A stretch of 64,000 nt of DNA, from positions 1-64,000 of IMG/VR virus record IMGVR_UViG_3300042326_002445; one strand, given 5' to 3'. The first letter of the stretch is position 1; the number at the start of each line of letters is the position of its first letter. Both the position numbers and the translations under genes were made by a program. Below the pieces are notes generated by a model, which was not told the DNA's origin, did no database searches, and worked only from the letters and a program-made list of their open reading frames with translations. Below are positions 10,232 through 21,100 of the stretch, piece after piece.

Positions 10232-11736
10232 TGGCACTTCCTGGCATACCGGTTATAGAATATCCGCTTGGTGCTGAAAAAATTTCTACAAAAATAATAG
10301 AAATTAAATGGAAATCTCCAAATGTTACATTTGGTCAGTTTGATCCAGTTTATTTTTATGAAATTTATTATAGGATAGGAAATGTTATTTCTTATTCTTC
10401 ACAAGAATGGAAAAGAATATCTAGAGTGCCATCTTCTGTTAATAAATACAATTGGGTAATACCAGAGTATTTATTTGGTTCAGATATATTTATTGGGGTA
10501 AGAAGTATTAATCAAAGTGGTCAGTTTTCTGATTATTCATCAAGCGGAATATTGTCAATATTGTCAAAACCATTGCCTAAGATATCAATATCTAACCCTA
10601 TTTCTGGTAAAACATATGGTTCTCAAATAAATATACAGTTGCAAAATTCTATCATATCTGAAGATACTTACAAGCTGAATAGGTACAGAATAAATCTATA
10701 TTATTCTAGCCAGTCAAATGATATATCTTATGCTCCAATAGTGGAAAGGGTTTCTGGCTCTACCTCTCAAATTATATGGAATACTTCTCAGTTGAATCCT
10801 GGTCAAGACTATTTTATATACGGTTTTTATAGCGATGATTTTGGTAGAAAGGGCCCTCAGTCTTCAATAGGACCTTTCACAGTAGAGAATCAAGGATACG
10901 TAATTATTGACACTGACGGCCCAGATGTAGCTTTAAAAATAAGTTCTAACAATGGATATATAAGAGATAGAACTGTCGGCATTGAACTATTCGCTTATGA
11001 CGACATGTCTGGCATACATGGCTTTAAGCTCATAGAAAATGAAAGAAATGCTGATGGTTCTACTACGGAAAATTCTCAAAGTGAACCTCGTTTTTATCAA
11101 AAAAATAATTTCTTACAACTTTCTGATAAAGATGCCAGATTTGTAATCACAGGTCTTGTTCAAGACATTGCCGGAAATAGAGCTAATCAAGAAGATGCAA
11201 GTTTAATTAAGATCGGAAATAAATTTAGAAAATTTTATAACAGAAATGGATTTAAGATCACTTCTTGGTCTAAAACGGAAGATTCACTATATATATGTAT
11301 ATATGATGGTAATTTTACTCAAGTTTTAAAAATATCTGACGGGCTTATTACGCCCATAAGTTCGTTTAGTGGTCTTATATCATCTCTAGCTTATATTGGC
11401 GGAAAATTGTACGGAAGTAGATTTAATGGAAATAGACTATTAGATCTTGTTTCTATAGAGGCAAATGGCATAGTGCCTGTTGCTTCTCTTTTAACACCAG
11501 ATACTGAAATAGTGGCAATTGCAGATTCGGGAGATGGAGGTGTACTGGTAGGTTGTATAAATGGTGAAATATATAGGCTATTTAATGATTCACTGCAATT
11601 TATATTCGATGTTCAAATTGGAATTTTAGGTTTTTCAAAAGGTCAATTTAATTCTGTTTTTATATTAACAAATAGTTCCGAAAAAGTATTTATATACAAA
11701 GATCAAAATGTCAATTTGGTAGAAATAACGATTTAA
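10231..11736 (+). CDS. FN3/Ig-like domain protein with a C-terminal beta-propeller-like region (501 aa), putative structural protein
   Basis: FN3-like pattern IEIKWKSP...YEIYYR...WKRI...YNWVIP...IGVRSIN. Ig-like IIDTDGP...AYDDMSGI...VQDIAGN. Coupled to the upstream gene by TAATG. Confidence 0.65.
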   Translation: MALPGIPVIEYPLGAEKISTKIIEIKWKSPNVTFGQFDPVYFYEIYYRIGNVISYSSQEWKRISRVPSSVNKYNWVIPEYLFGSDIFIGVRSINQSGQFSDYSSSGILSILSKPLPKISISNPISGKTYGSQINIQLQNSIISEDTYKLNRYRINLYYSSQSNDISYAPIVERVSGSTSQIIWNTSQLNPGQDYFIYGFYSDDFGRKGPQSSIGPFTVENQGYVIIDTDGPDVALKISSNNGYIRDRTVGIELFAYDDMSGIHGFKLIENERNADGSTTENSQSEPRFYQKNNFLQLSDKDARFVITGLVQDIAGNRANQEDASLIKIGNKFRKFYNRNGFKITSWSKTEDSLYICIYDGNFTQVLKISDGLITPISSFSGLISSLAYIGGKLYGSRFNGNRLLDLVSIEANGIVPVASLLTPDTEIVAIADSGDGGVLVGCINGEIYRLFNDSLQFIFDVQIGILGFSKGQFNSVFILTNSSEKVFIYKDQNVNLVEITI

Positions 11737-11739
11737 TTT

Positions 11740-14700
11740 ATGCAAATTCCAAAATCACAATTTAGGGTAGACCGTCGTCCAATTGCTCGCATCATATGCG
11801 ATCCTATGTCCTTTGCAACTGTACCCTCTCTTGCATACACTCCATGTCCAGATTTGAATAGGGATGGCGTCGTGGACGACCTAGACTTGGCTATAGTGCA
11901 AGAGAATTGGGGAAATAACCCTGGTCATCCGGCAGATCTTGACCGTAATGGAGAAGTTGATGGGCTAGATGTGGGCATTGTAATTACCAATTTCGGACCT
12001 GCTAGATGTGTCCCTAATGTTGAAGATTTGTGCAACATAGTTAAAACAAGGGGATTGGGTCCTGCCTTCTATGGGCCTAATGGCTTTAAGAATTTCTTTA
12101 ATAATTATTTAAGCAGATTATATGACGCTGGTTTTAGAAGATTTTCTTTGCAATGCCCTTCTGGATGTCATCTTAATACAGAAACTCACAATTTATCCAG
12201 TAATATTAGAAATACATTTGATAATTTGCAATCTTATTATTTCACTACATTATTAGAAGAGTCTGGCGCTTGTTCTGAGGATTCTTTGCCATTTGACGTA
12301 AGCAATCTTCGCTTAGACGACAAAATATATGCAAGTTTTTATGATTCTTTTATTGGCCATTTATCTTATTGGACAAGAAGTCAACACGAGTTTGTTGAAG
12401 TGAATGTAGAGATGGGGTCTAAGGTCATATTTTCAAATAGTGAAGTAAATCTTGACGTTTTAAGTTTACCACAGGATGATTTTATAAATATAGAATCGGA
12501 TTTTAATATTAATTTACCTGCTCATAGAATATGGCTTGAATATAATTTAAATGAATTTTTTGCTAATGGTATTTCTGGAGTAGGTTTAAGTAATTGTAAA
12601 TTGTCTCTATTGCAAAATATATTAAACTTTAATAACATTAATGATGCTGTTTGGAAATTGTATGGTGCATATTTTATGCACGTTAACATACCTAATATAA
12701 ATGGAGAACTTTTAAACAGTAATGAGTATTCTAATTTTAGAATAATATCTAATTTTGATAATCCTTTTGGATTTACTAGTCAGAATATGACACGTCTTTT
12801 CGGTGGTTTAAGAATGTTTGATAAAGGAGCTGAAATACACAGTTCATTCAGTCTCAATGATATCTCATCTTATTCCCAGGAGGAACTAGATGAGATGGTG
12901 GATGATTGCGGGTTTATTCCTGGAATTCAAATCCCGTATTCTATTAATATAAATTCACTAAGTTTTGACAACATAGTTTCTCAATTCAATAAAATATCAG
13001 CATCGGTGGAATATGCAGAAAAGAAATCGAATGAAAGATTATTCGGTAAATCTCTTTTCTTTTTTAGTGAGTCTGCAGGGGAAGCAAAAGATTCAAATGG
13101 TGCAACCAGTGTAAGTAATTCTTATTTAAGATCTTCTGTAAAATTTGACGAGCGTATAGTGCCAGTAATTAAAGTAAACTGCTCTAAAAATTACAAAAAT
13201 ATTGATGAAAGCATATCTAGAACATATGTCCCATCCTGGTGGTTTTCTAATCGTCCAGAAAATTGCATTGACACATCTATGGTGGATGAAGTTGTAAGTA
13301 GTTGGACAATTCAAAATTCTGACGATATTTTAAAAGTAAATAACTCTAGTCCTTATGGAACTTATGGTCCAGAAAAATGTGCTGATGCAGCTTTTGATAT
13401 GATATTGCAATATCAGAGTTCATATAATGGAGTGGACAGGGCTAATATAGATTTTGAAAATCCTAATAACGTAGCCATTAAGCTAGAAAATTGGGGAGAT
13501 CTTTTTGACCATCAATGTACTCAGGAAAATTTAGATGAAACCTTATCTCAAGGCTGGTGTAGACTTTTTACTAATTCATTAGATCAGATTTTTAGCTATT
13601 TTGATGAAGACTTAGATGCAGAAAGAAAGCCGATTGACAGACTTAAAAATCTGTATGCCAAAAATGGTGTTTTTGAGTGTTCAGTGTGGACAAAAAGATT
13701 TATTGAAAGATTTAAATATAGGCAGCATAACAGGAGGGCATATGGGGGGCTCAGTATAGTTCCTAATCCTCGCATAGTATACATTGATGAACAATCCGTG
13801 TTAGCTCCACATGATTTTATAAATTATATAGGTGTAGAATCAGCAAGTGATTCTGAGTGTTTAGAAATTGGAAGCTATTTTGGTTCATGGCATCATCATT
13901 TCAGTGATGAAAGATTTAGGGATGTATCACAGGGTTTTGTTTGGAGAAATTATTTAACATTAAAAGACGCTTACGATTACGCATGTCAGTCTAGCGAATT
14001 TAGTGTAAATCGCATGTCTGAGAATTCAAACAATATTATTGGTCAAATTAGTGTTAAAGATTACAGTAGGCAGGATAAATCGTATGCATATTCAGTTCAA
14101 GACAATGCTGCTATGGAAAAATGGTTGCAAGTTTTAATTGACGAAGTTGCTAGTAGACGCATTTATGAAAGTTTGGGCATTCATGTAGAAAATGCTTTTA
14201 CAAATGGCAGGTATGCTCAAAGAGGTTTCGCTTGCGGTATTAATAACAATCTTTCTTATTGCAATGTACAGGCTCCATTTTATTATTTTGTTAATAGGTG
14301 GCATTATTACAATGGTAAGCATGATTTTAATTTACCAAAAACTTCTAGTTTTCATATTAATCATGTTTGCCCAACTTCAATCGCAATAGATGATGGAGTT
14401 AATAATGCCTTATTTGATTGGGAACCTAATTTTGATAATCGTAAAGTTAGGTTTGAAAGTCTAGAATATTTTAATAGTTATAGTAATAACAATCAAGTTG
14501 AAATGAATTTTGGATGGAGGCCTTCTTATGAAAACGCTCCTGATGGAAGAGGTACGTTCTCTTATGGTGCAGGACCTACTGGAGATCCAGAAAGCGATAT
14601 AGTATATGGAGACATACATAGATCAAATATACAGATGCTTTTACAAAAAAATCATACTAGGTATGCTCAATATTTATTAAATACTATATACGCACTCAAT

Positions 14701-17070
14701 TCTTCTTCTTCTTTTAAGGAAAAAACAAAAGTTATATTTACTCATGGCATAAACAATAATACCTCGCATGTTTCTTTGGCAGCAAACACATTATCTTTGG
14801 GAAATTTTCAAAATGGTACTATTACCAATGGTATTAGCAATATTTTTGATATAGATTTTCAAGATGGATATTCTTTCGATATCCGAGCATTTGTGTCTTC
14901 TTGGTATGATATTTTACAAAAAATTTCTAAAGAAAAATTATTTGATAATTTTATCTTTATACATAAACACAAAGAGCAGACTGTAGCCGATTGGCAAGAC
15001 TTTTCTTTAGGCATAGAGAATGCACTTAATTATGATGGAGGTGGGAGTTCAAGTAGTTCTTCATCTTCTAGCTCTTCTTTCATGAAGGGTGACTGGAATG
15101 GGGATGGAGTTATTGATGCCGTCGATCTTGGCGCATTGCTTGGATGCTGGGGTTCAAACTCATCTTCTGAATGTTTAAGAGTCTTTGACTTTGATGGAGA
15201 TGGAGCTGTTGGCGCAAATGATTTGGGTGCATTGCTTGGAATATGGACTGTCGTATCTTCATCTTCTAGCTCTTCTTTCATGAAGGGCGACTGGGACGAT
15301 AATGGAGTTATTGATGCCGTCGATCTTGGCGCATTGCTTGGATGCTGGGGTTCAAACCCGTCAGATAGATGCAGAAGATATTTTGACTTTGATGGAGATG
15401 GAGCTGTTGGCGCAAATGATTTGGGTGCATTGCTTGGAATGTGGACTGTCGTGCCTGGATCTTCTAGCTCTTCTTTCATGAAGGGCGACTGGGACGATAA
15501 TGGAGTTATTGATGCCGTCGATCTTGGCGCATTGCTTGGATGCTGGGGTCCAAATCCATCTCCTGAATGTTTAAGAGTCTTTGACTTTGATGGAGATGGA
15601 GTTGTTGGCGCAAATGATTTGGGTGCATTGCTTGGCAGCTGGTCAGTTTCTCCTATTTCCTCTAGCAGTTCTTCAAGCTCTTCAGTGGACGTATCCGCAT
15701 ATACTGGAGTTATGGCGGTAAGAATTAATGAAAATGGAATCAAAAATATCACCGGACTAGATTTAAACAACTTTTCATGGAAAATCTTAGTTGGTCAAAG
15801 AGGCGGAGAAAATTTCTTACAAGCAATTTTGCTTAATGATAATGGATCTTCTTCAAATATTCTTTTTGATATTTCTATTAAAAACAAATTTATTGGAGAT
15901 ATAGTTTCAGAAATAGATTCGATTCCTGGCTTTCATGCTGAAGTTTTGAATAATTCTGATCTGTCTTTGAGTGACGGACTTTATTTTGATCCACAAAAAG
16001 TTTATACAGAAGTTGATTTTGCTACAGGCTTATTGGCCAATCCATCTGTTAATTTTACTGGGTTTGACAATCCTTTTGTTATTATGTCTTTAGAGGGTAC
16101 TCTAAATGATCATTCTTTAATAGGATCTCAGGTTAAGCAAAATTTTGGTAGATATTGTTCTTTTAAGTCAGTTTGCCCACACGCAAGCTTAACCAGTATA
16201 ATTGGAGGTTCTTCTGGCTTCTTGTCGATTAATGATGCCCAGTCTGATATGCTGTCAAGTTTTGACCATGTTTCTGTGGACGGAGAAATTATAAAGATTG
16301 GAAATTGGAATAACAGTACAGCTGAAATACTTGAAAGAGGCGTTGGCAATACTCCTAGGAGATTCCACGCTAGTGGAGCAAACGTATTTGGGGTTGGAAA
16401 AAATGAAGTATTTGATAATAACTTTTATTTAGATGTAAATTCAAAATATATTTATCAATACAGATGTTTAAGTATTAGAAATATATATCCAAATATATCT
16501 ATTATTGATCCAAAAATTTTATTAGATAATAATTTTAAACCTGGTCTCGTGAAGCTTAGCTTTGCTGTTGAATTGCCAGCACACAAATATGTTGTTCTAA
16601 GTAGTTCGGTTGGCTCTGGAACTAGAAGTATAAATATTGAAACAGAAAATTTACAAAATTATGTTATAAATCGCAATATAAGTCAATACGTAGATTCTCT
16701 CATGAGATTTTCTATGGTTTCTGGAGACTCTTACTATCGCAAAATTTCTTCTATCAATCAAAGTTATATTGAACTCGATAATGATCTACCTATGCCAGCT
16801 AACCAATTTGAAAAAATAGAAATTATACCTGGTCCTGCATCTAATAGTTTTCAAGGTAAAATAGCTCCTGTAATATCAAATAGACTAACTCAGTTCTATG
16901 ATATTAACAATTTAGATGATTTATCAATACCGCAAGTTGATAATAATTTGACTAGGTCTATTTCTTATAATAATATAATATATTTATGGATAAAAAGAGA
17001 AATTCCCAAAGATGTAAGAATTAAGTTTACAAATACCTTGCCAATAAAATTTAAGTTTACAATTAAATGA
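11740..17070 (+). CDS. 1776-aa dockerin-like-repeat protein with possible TIM-barrel regions and a phage-structural-like C-terminus
   Basis: One N-terminal dockerin-like domain and three tandem dockerin-like domains with Ser linkers. C-terminal VDGEII...ERGVGNT...HASGANV and QYRCLSIRN...LWIKREIP resemble motifs of phage tail/structural proteins. Confidence 0.7.
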   Translation: MQIPKSQFRVDRRPIARIICDPMSFATVPSLAYTPCPDLNRDGVVDDLDLAIVQENWGNNPGHPADLDRNGEVDGLDVGIVITNFGPARCVPNVEDLCNIVKTRGLGPAFYGPNGFKNFFNNYLSRLYDAGFRRFSLQCPSGCHLNTETHNLSSNIRNTFDNLQSYYFTTLLEESGACSEDSLPFDVSNLRLDDKIYASFYDSFIGHLSYWTRSQHEFVEVNVEMGSKVIFSNSEVNLDVLSLPQDDFINIESDFNINLPAHRIWLEYNLNEFFANGISGVGLSNCKLSLLQNILNFNNINDAVWKLYGAYFMHVNIPNINGELLNSNEYSNFRIISNFDNPFGFTSQNMTRLFGGLRMFDKGAEIHSSFSLNDISSYSQEELDEMVDDCGFIPGIQIPYSININSLSFDNIVSQFNKISASVEYAEKKSNERLFGKSLFFFSESAGEAKDSNGATSVSNSYLRSSVKFDERIVPVIKVNCSKNYKNIDESISRTYVPSWWFSNRPENCIDTSMVDEVVSSWTIQNSDDILKVNNSSPYGTYGPEKCADAAFDMILQYQSSYNGVDRANIDFENPNNVAIKLENWGDLFDHQCTQENLDETLSQGWCRLFTNSLDQIFSYFDEDLDAERKPIDRLKNLYAKNGVFECSVWTKRFIERFKYRQHNRRAYGGLSIVPNPRIVYIDEQSVLAPHDFINYIGVESASDSECLEIGSYFGSWHHHFSDERFRDVSQGFVWRNYLTLKDAYDYACQSSEFSVNRMSENSNNIIGQISVKDYSRQDKSYAYSVQDNAAMEKWLQVLIDEVASRRIYESLGIHVENAFTNGRYAQRGFACGINNNLSYCNVQAPFYYFVNRWHYYNGKHDFNLPKTSSFHINHVCPTSIAIDDGVNNALFDWEPNFDNRKVRFESLEYFNSYSNNNQVEMNFGWRPSYENAPDGRGTFSYGAGPTGDPESDIVYGDIHRSNIQMLLQKNHTRYAQYLLNTIYALNSSSSFKEKTKVIFTHGINNNTSHVSLAANTLSLGNFQNGTITNGISNIFDIDFQDGYSFDIRAFVSSWYDILQKISKEKLFDNFIFIHKHKEQTVADWQDFSLGIENALNYDGGGSSSSSSSSSSSFMKGDWNGDGVIDAVDLGALLGCWGSNSSSECLRVFDFDGDGAVGANDLGALLGIWTVVSSSSSSSFMKGDWDDNGVIDAVDLGALLGCWGSNPSDRCRRYFDFDGDGAVGANDLGALLGMWTVVPGSSSSSFMKGDWDDNGVIDAVDLGALLGCWGPNPSPECLRVFDFDGDGVVGANDLGALLGSWSVSPISSSSSSSSSVDVSAYTGVMAVRINENGIKNITGLDLNNFSWKILVGQRGGENFLQAILLNDNGSSSNILFDISIKNKFIGDIVSEIDSIPGFHAEVLNNSDLSLSDGLYFDPQKVYTEVDFATGLLANPSVNFTGFDNPFVIMSLEGTLNDHSLIGSQVKQNFGRYCSFKSVCPHASLTSIIGGSSGFLSINDAQSDMLSSFDHVSVDGEIIKIGNWNNSTAEILERGVGNTPRRFHASGANVFGVGKNEVFDNNFYLDVNSKYIYQYRCLSIRNIYPNISIIDPKILLDNNFKPGLVKLSFAVELPAHKYVVLSSSVGSGTRSINIETENLQNYVINRNISQYVDSLMRFSMVSGDSYYRKISSINQSYIELDNDLPMPANQFEKIEIIPGPASNSFQGKIAPVISNRLTQFYDINNLDDLSIPQVDNNLTRSISYNNIIYLWIKREIPKDVRIKFTNTLPIKFKFTIK
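11845..12009 (+). other. Dockerin-like domain (two EF-hand-like Ca-binding loops)
   Basis: CPDLNRDGVVDDLDLAIVQENWG...ADLDRNGEVDGLDVGIVITNFG has two DxNxDGxVDxxD loops. Confidence 0.8.
15061..15645 (+). repeat. Three near-identical 198-nt tandem repeats, each encoding a Ser linker plus a dockerin-like domain
   Basis: tcttctagctcttctttcatgaaggg recurs at 15064, 15262 and 15460. Unit: FMKGDW..[DN]GVIDAVDLGALLGCWG....C...FDFDGDG.VGANDLGALLG.W. Confidence 0.95.
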
Positions 17071-18137
17071 GTACATTAAGTATAGAAAAATATATACATT
17101 TTAGTTTTGATCAATTTCCTGTCATCGAAACAGGAAGTTTTGAAATTGTAAATTTTAATGGATCAGGAGTTACGGACTTAGTCCCTGCAGTGTTTGGCAA
17201 AGGTGTTTTAATGTCAGATTCTGGGTACTTTTCGCTGCCAATTTCTTATACAAGATATCAAAATATAAAGTCGGAGTTTTCTGTAGGATTTTGGTTGAAT
17301 TCTATATCTTTGTCTGACAAGATCTTTGGGGATGTTGCTATTAGTCCCTCCATGCCAATAGTGTCTGTAGGAAACTCTAGTGTAATTAACCAGTCTTATG
17401 TTCTAAATGATGGCTTATTTTTAATATATGAAAAGTGCGTATTTTCTAAATACAATAAAATGTATCTGGTTCTTATGACTGCTGGTGGAGAGAGGGTCGA
17501 ATTTGATAGTGAGATATATGAGACAGGCTTATTTAACCATTTTATGTTTTCAGTCAATCCAGAAATAGGAGAAGTGAAATTATACATCAATGGTGTAGAG
17601 AGCATTTTGTCATCAAGCGCTGCCATGTTGCCTCCATTTTTTGGGCTTCCATCTCTTCCAGAATTGTACATAAACAAAAATATAGAAGGTGATATTAGAA
17701 GTTTAGAAAAGAATAAAGGGGTATTAGATGATTTATTTATTATCGCTGATGCAATTAATGAAAATTACAAAATATCCAAAATTATAGCAGACGGATTTTC
17801 TACTTATATTAATGAAATTTCTGGGAATATATCAGAAAGAGTGTTTGATGCAAAAATAAGCTTTTTTCAAGACGCTTCTATATCTCCCCCTGTTTCAGCA
17901 GTTGATATATCCAGTGGAGATATTATAGCTGGCACTCAAGACGGGGTCATTTTAAAGGGAGACTCTGGCTATTGGAATAAAAAGTATAGTTTGACTTCAG
18001 AAAATGCATTAAGTGATTTAACGGTAGTTTATTTGTCACAGGATGAGTCTGGTTCTAATCAAGAATCTTCAAGTGACGGACAAATACTTTCTGGACAAGG
18101 TTTAATTCTAATTAAAAACGGAATTATAATAAAATAA
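17067..18137 (+). CDS. LamG/concanavalin A-like jelly-roll protein (356 aa)
   Basis: FGKGV...EFSVGFWL...FNHFMFSV...VKLYING...GVLDDLFI follows the LamG-like pattern. ATGA overlap with the upstream gene. Confidence 0.75.
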   Translation: MSTLSIEKYIHFSFDQFPVIETGSFEIVNFNGSGVTDLVPAVFGKGVLMSDSGYFSLPISYTRYQNIKSEFSVGFWLNSISLSDKIFGDVAISPSMPIVSVGNSSVINQSYVLNDGLFLIYEKCVFSKYNKMYLVLMTAGGERVEFDSEIYETGLFNHFMFSVNPEIGEVKLYINGVESILSSSAAMLPPFFGLPSLPELYINKNIEGDIRSLEKNKGVLDDLFIIADAINENYKISKIIADGFSTYINEISGNISERVFDAKISFFQDASISPPVSAVDISSGDIIAGTQDGVILKGDSGYWNKKYSLTSENALSDLTVVYLSQDESGSNQESSSDGQILSGQGLILIKNGIIIK

Positions 18138-18138
18138 A

Positions 18139-21100
18139 ATGATTGAATATATTGACATTAGTATAAATGGTAAGAAATTTATAGATGAGCCACTTAAGGT
18201 TCTCCCTAAAGGGTTTGTTATTGCTTGGCAATTTGGTCCATCACAGTTTTCGCAAAGTGGTTTTGATATAAAAATAGGTTCAGATAGTTTTGGGTTAGGA
18301 ACAGACTTGTTTGTGGGAAACGTTTATGAGCATGTGGGAAGCAATAAGGCTAGGCAGGACTACTCTTTTTTCCCTGGTGTTAATTTGCCAAGAAGTCTTG
18401 AACTATATGGGCAAATCAGAATTTTTGATCAATTTGGAAATACGTCTTTTTGGAAAACTTTTACAGTTTACGTAAATGATATTCCTCATATTATAGATGC
18501 CTACTTTTTAAATAATTATGGAATTGAATCTGGAATAACCCTTAATGTTATTAAGCCTAATGCTGACACTTTAATAAAAACTCGATGGTTTCAGAATGGG
18601 AAAATGCAATCTTATTTAGATGACTCATACTCTGTGCCATCAAGAAATATTGAATATGGAGACGTGTGGAATGCTCAAGTTATCCCGTACAATGAATTGG
18701 AGTCTGGATTATTATTTGACGTAGACTCAATATTGATCCCTAATCCAAACGTGTATGTAAGTAACATATCTATAATCCCATCTAATCCAAATCCAGATGA
18801 CATTTTAGAAGTGTCATATAGTTTATATAAAAATAATGTTTTAGAGAATATTGGAGACGAATCTGTAGTAAGGTGGTATGTAAATGATGTTGAAGTCAGT
18901 GGCTCATCTGATTCTAAATTTGCTAGACTTAATATAAGACCTAACGATATTGTTCATGCAAGAATAGATTCTAATTGGAGCGGTTTTTCAGGCAACAGCG
19001 TCTTAACAGATCGAGTAACTATAGGAGACTACAATTTACAGTTAGAAAATTGTGTAATTAATGGAGTATCTGATTCTAATTTTGTTTCTTATGACGCTGT
19101 TAACGTATTGTGGAATGTAAGCGACAATATAAAAGAAAAAGTTCATAAGTATCATATTAAATTAGGCCATTCAGAAGGAAGTTCTAACTTATTAAGCACG
19201 CATGTAGATTCTAATGTTTATAGTTTTTTCATTCCACCTGATGTCTTAGAAAAAGGCATGGATTATTACGTATCCGTTGCTCCGGTTGATAAAAACAACA
19301 ATATCGGACGATATGAAACTGTATATTTTAAAACGTTTGGAAATACTTGGAATGACAATATTTCTGCTTCAAATGGCTACACAATATTCATAAAATTAAA
19401 ATGTGAGATACTCACTGGTGAAGAATCTCCACTAGATGTTTTGTCTTTGAATATTGCAGATGGTGCACAGTCTTATGTTGTTGATTTTCATAAAAGTTTT
19501 GTAAGAATTAATATTGACACCAATACTAAAGTTAAGGCAGATGTGGATAACTCTATTTTTAGAGAGTATATTTTATCAGTAAAGGGTAACGATATTAATT
19601 TGTATGTGGACGGTATTTTGCTTGCAAAGTACAATCAGTCTACGCAAATTTCTAAAGATAAGTATTTTAATTTGATACCACGTGGTGGAAATGGAGATTT
19701 AAAGTGCACTATCTCTTCTATTAGATTGAGTGTTGATAATGCTTATCATTTAGATTCAGGTGAGGTATCTGCATTGACAAGTTTTTCAGAAATTATAGAT
19801 TTACCAAACTTAGTTATCAATGACATAGAGGTTACTCCGAATGGTGTTTTAGTCGCAGCAAAAGATATATCCGATGAGTATTCTAAAATATATAAGTATG
19901 ACTATTCTAAAAATAATTTAAAGTTTGATGTTGAAAGTCTGTCAGAGTCTGTATTTGTTGTAAATCATGTAGACATTTCTCCAGCTCATGAATCTTTTGC
20001 GGTTTCTAGCAATAAAGGTATTTCTTTATTTAAAGGAGATCCATTTTTAAGTTGGGATTCTTCAGTAGAGTTTCAGTCTCTTAGTGATTTGTATGATAAT
20101 AATTGGAGTGTTGTTTCCTCTTCTGGAGGTTCTGGAATTTCGATTGTTTCTGATGGACTTTACATATCTAATAGTTTTGCTTCTGTGGGAAGAGTTTCTA
20201 CAATAAAAAGATCTAATGAACTAGAATACCCATCTTTTGTAATCAAAAGTTTATTTTTGAATGAATTTAGCTTTTCTGTTAACAATGGCATATTGTCTAT
20301 ATTAAATAACGGAGATACGAATTTACGTCAGCATTCTGTTAATTTAGATAATTTTACTACTATAGATAATTTAGTAACATATTTAAAAGACTTGTTTGCC
20401 ACTGTTGACAATACTTCTTATATAAAAGATTTCTTTTCATTTTATATTTTAAATGGAACAAATAATTTATCAACATTAGATTTGGTAGAATATAGCTCTG
20501 ACTCACAGCAAGTGGAATATATTTTTTATATAAATAACACTGCTGATTCTATCGATCCATATGCTGATGCTTCTCAAACTTCTTTCTCTGGTGGAAGAGC
20601 TTTCATATCTCATAACAGCCCAGGATCTCCATGGTTTGATAGTGCAAATAGTGCATCTGGGTATTCTCTAGAAATAGAGTGTAAGGTTAATCCATTAGAA
20701 GATAGTCTAAGGCCAGTTGGATTTTCTGACAAAAACTTTTTAGGCATTTACATTAATGATGGCTCGTATGATCAAGAAATATCTTTTAGTAATTCGTCAA
20801 TTAGAATAGCAAAGATAGGAAAAAATATTCCTATAGATTTGTCTGAAATGACTAAGCTAAGATTTAATGGAATTGATGGTAGGGTAAAATTGTGGAAGAA
20901 GTCTTCTGCAGACCGTGACTATGTGTTGCTTGACAGTTTTGCATTAAATCCCATATCTAATATATCTAGGAATATAACTAACCACAAAATATTCAATGTT
21001 AATTCTAAAACATACGTTATGTGGATTGAAGATGATGGAGACTATGACAGTATACGATATGTTGAATCTTTAGAAAGTGGGCAATTTTCTGCAGTTTATA

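Noticed and set aside
15061-15645. CRISPR array or DGR template/variable repeat pair
   Set aside because: The repeats are in-frame coding units with no unique spacers, differences are not adenine-specific, and no reverse transcriptase or cas gene is in view.
15030-15770. 246-aa antisense ORF
   Set aside because: It is the shadow of the 198-nt dockerin repeats on the + strand.
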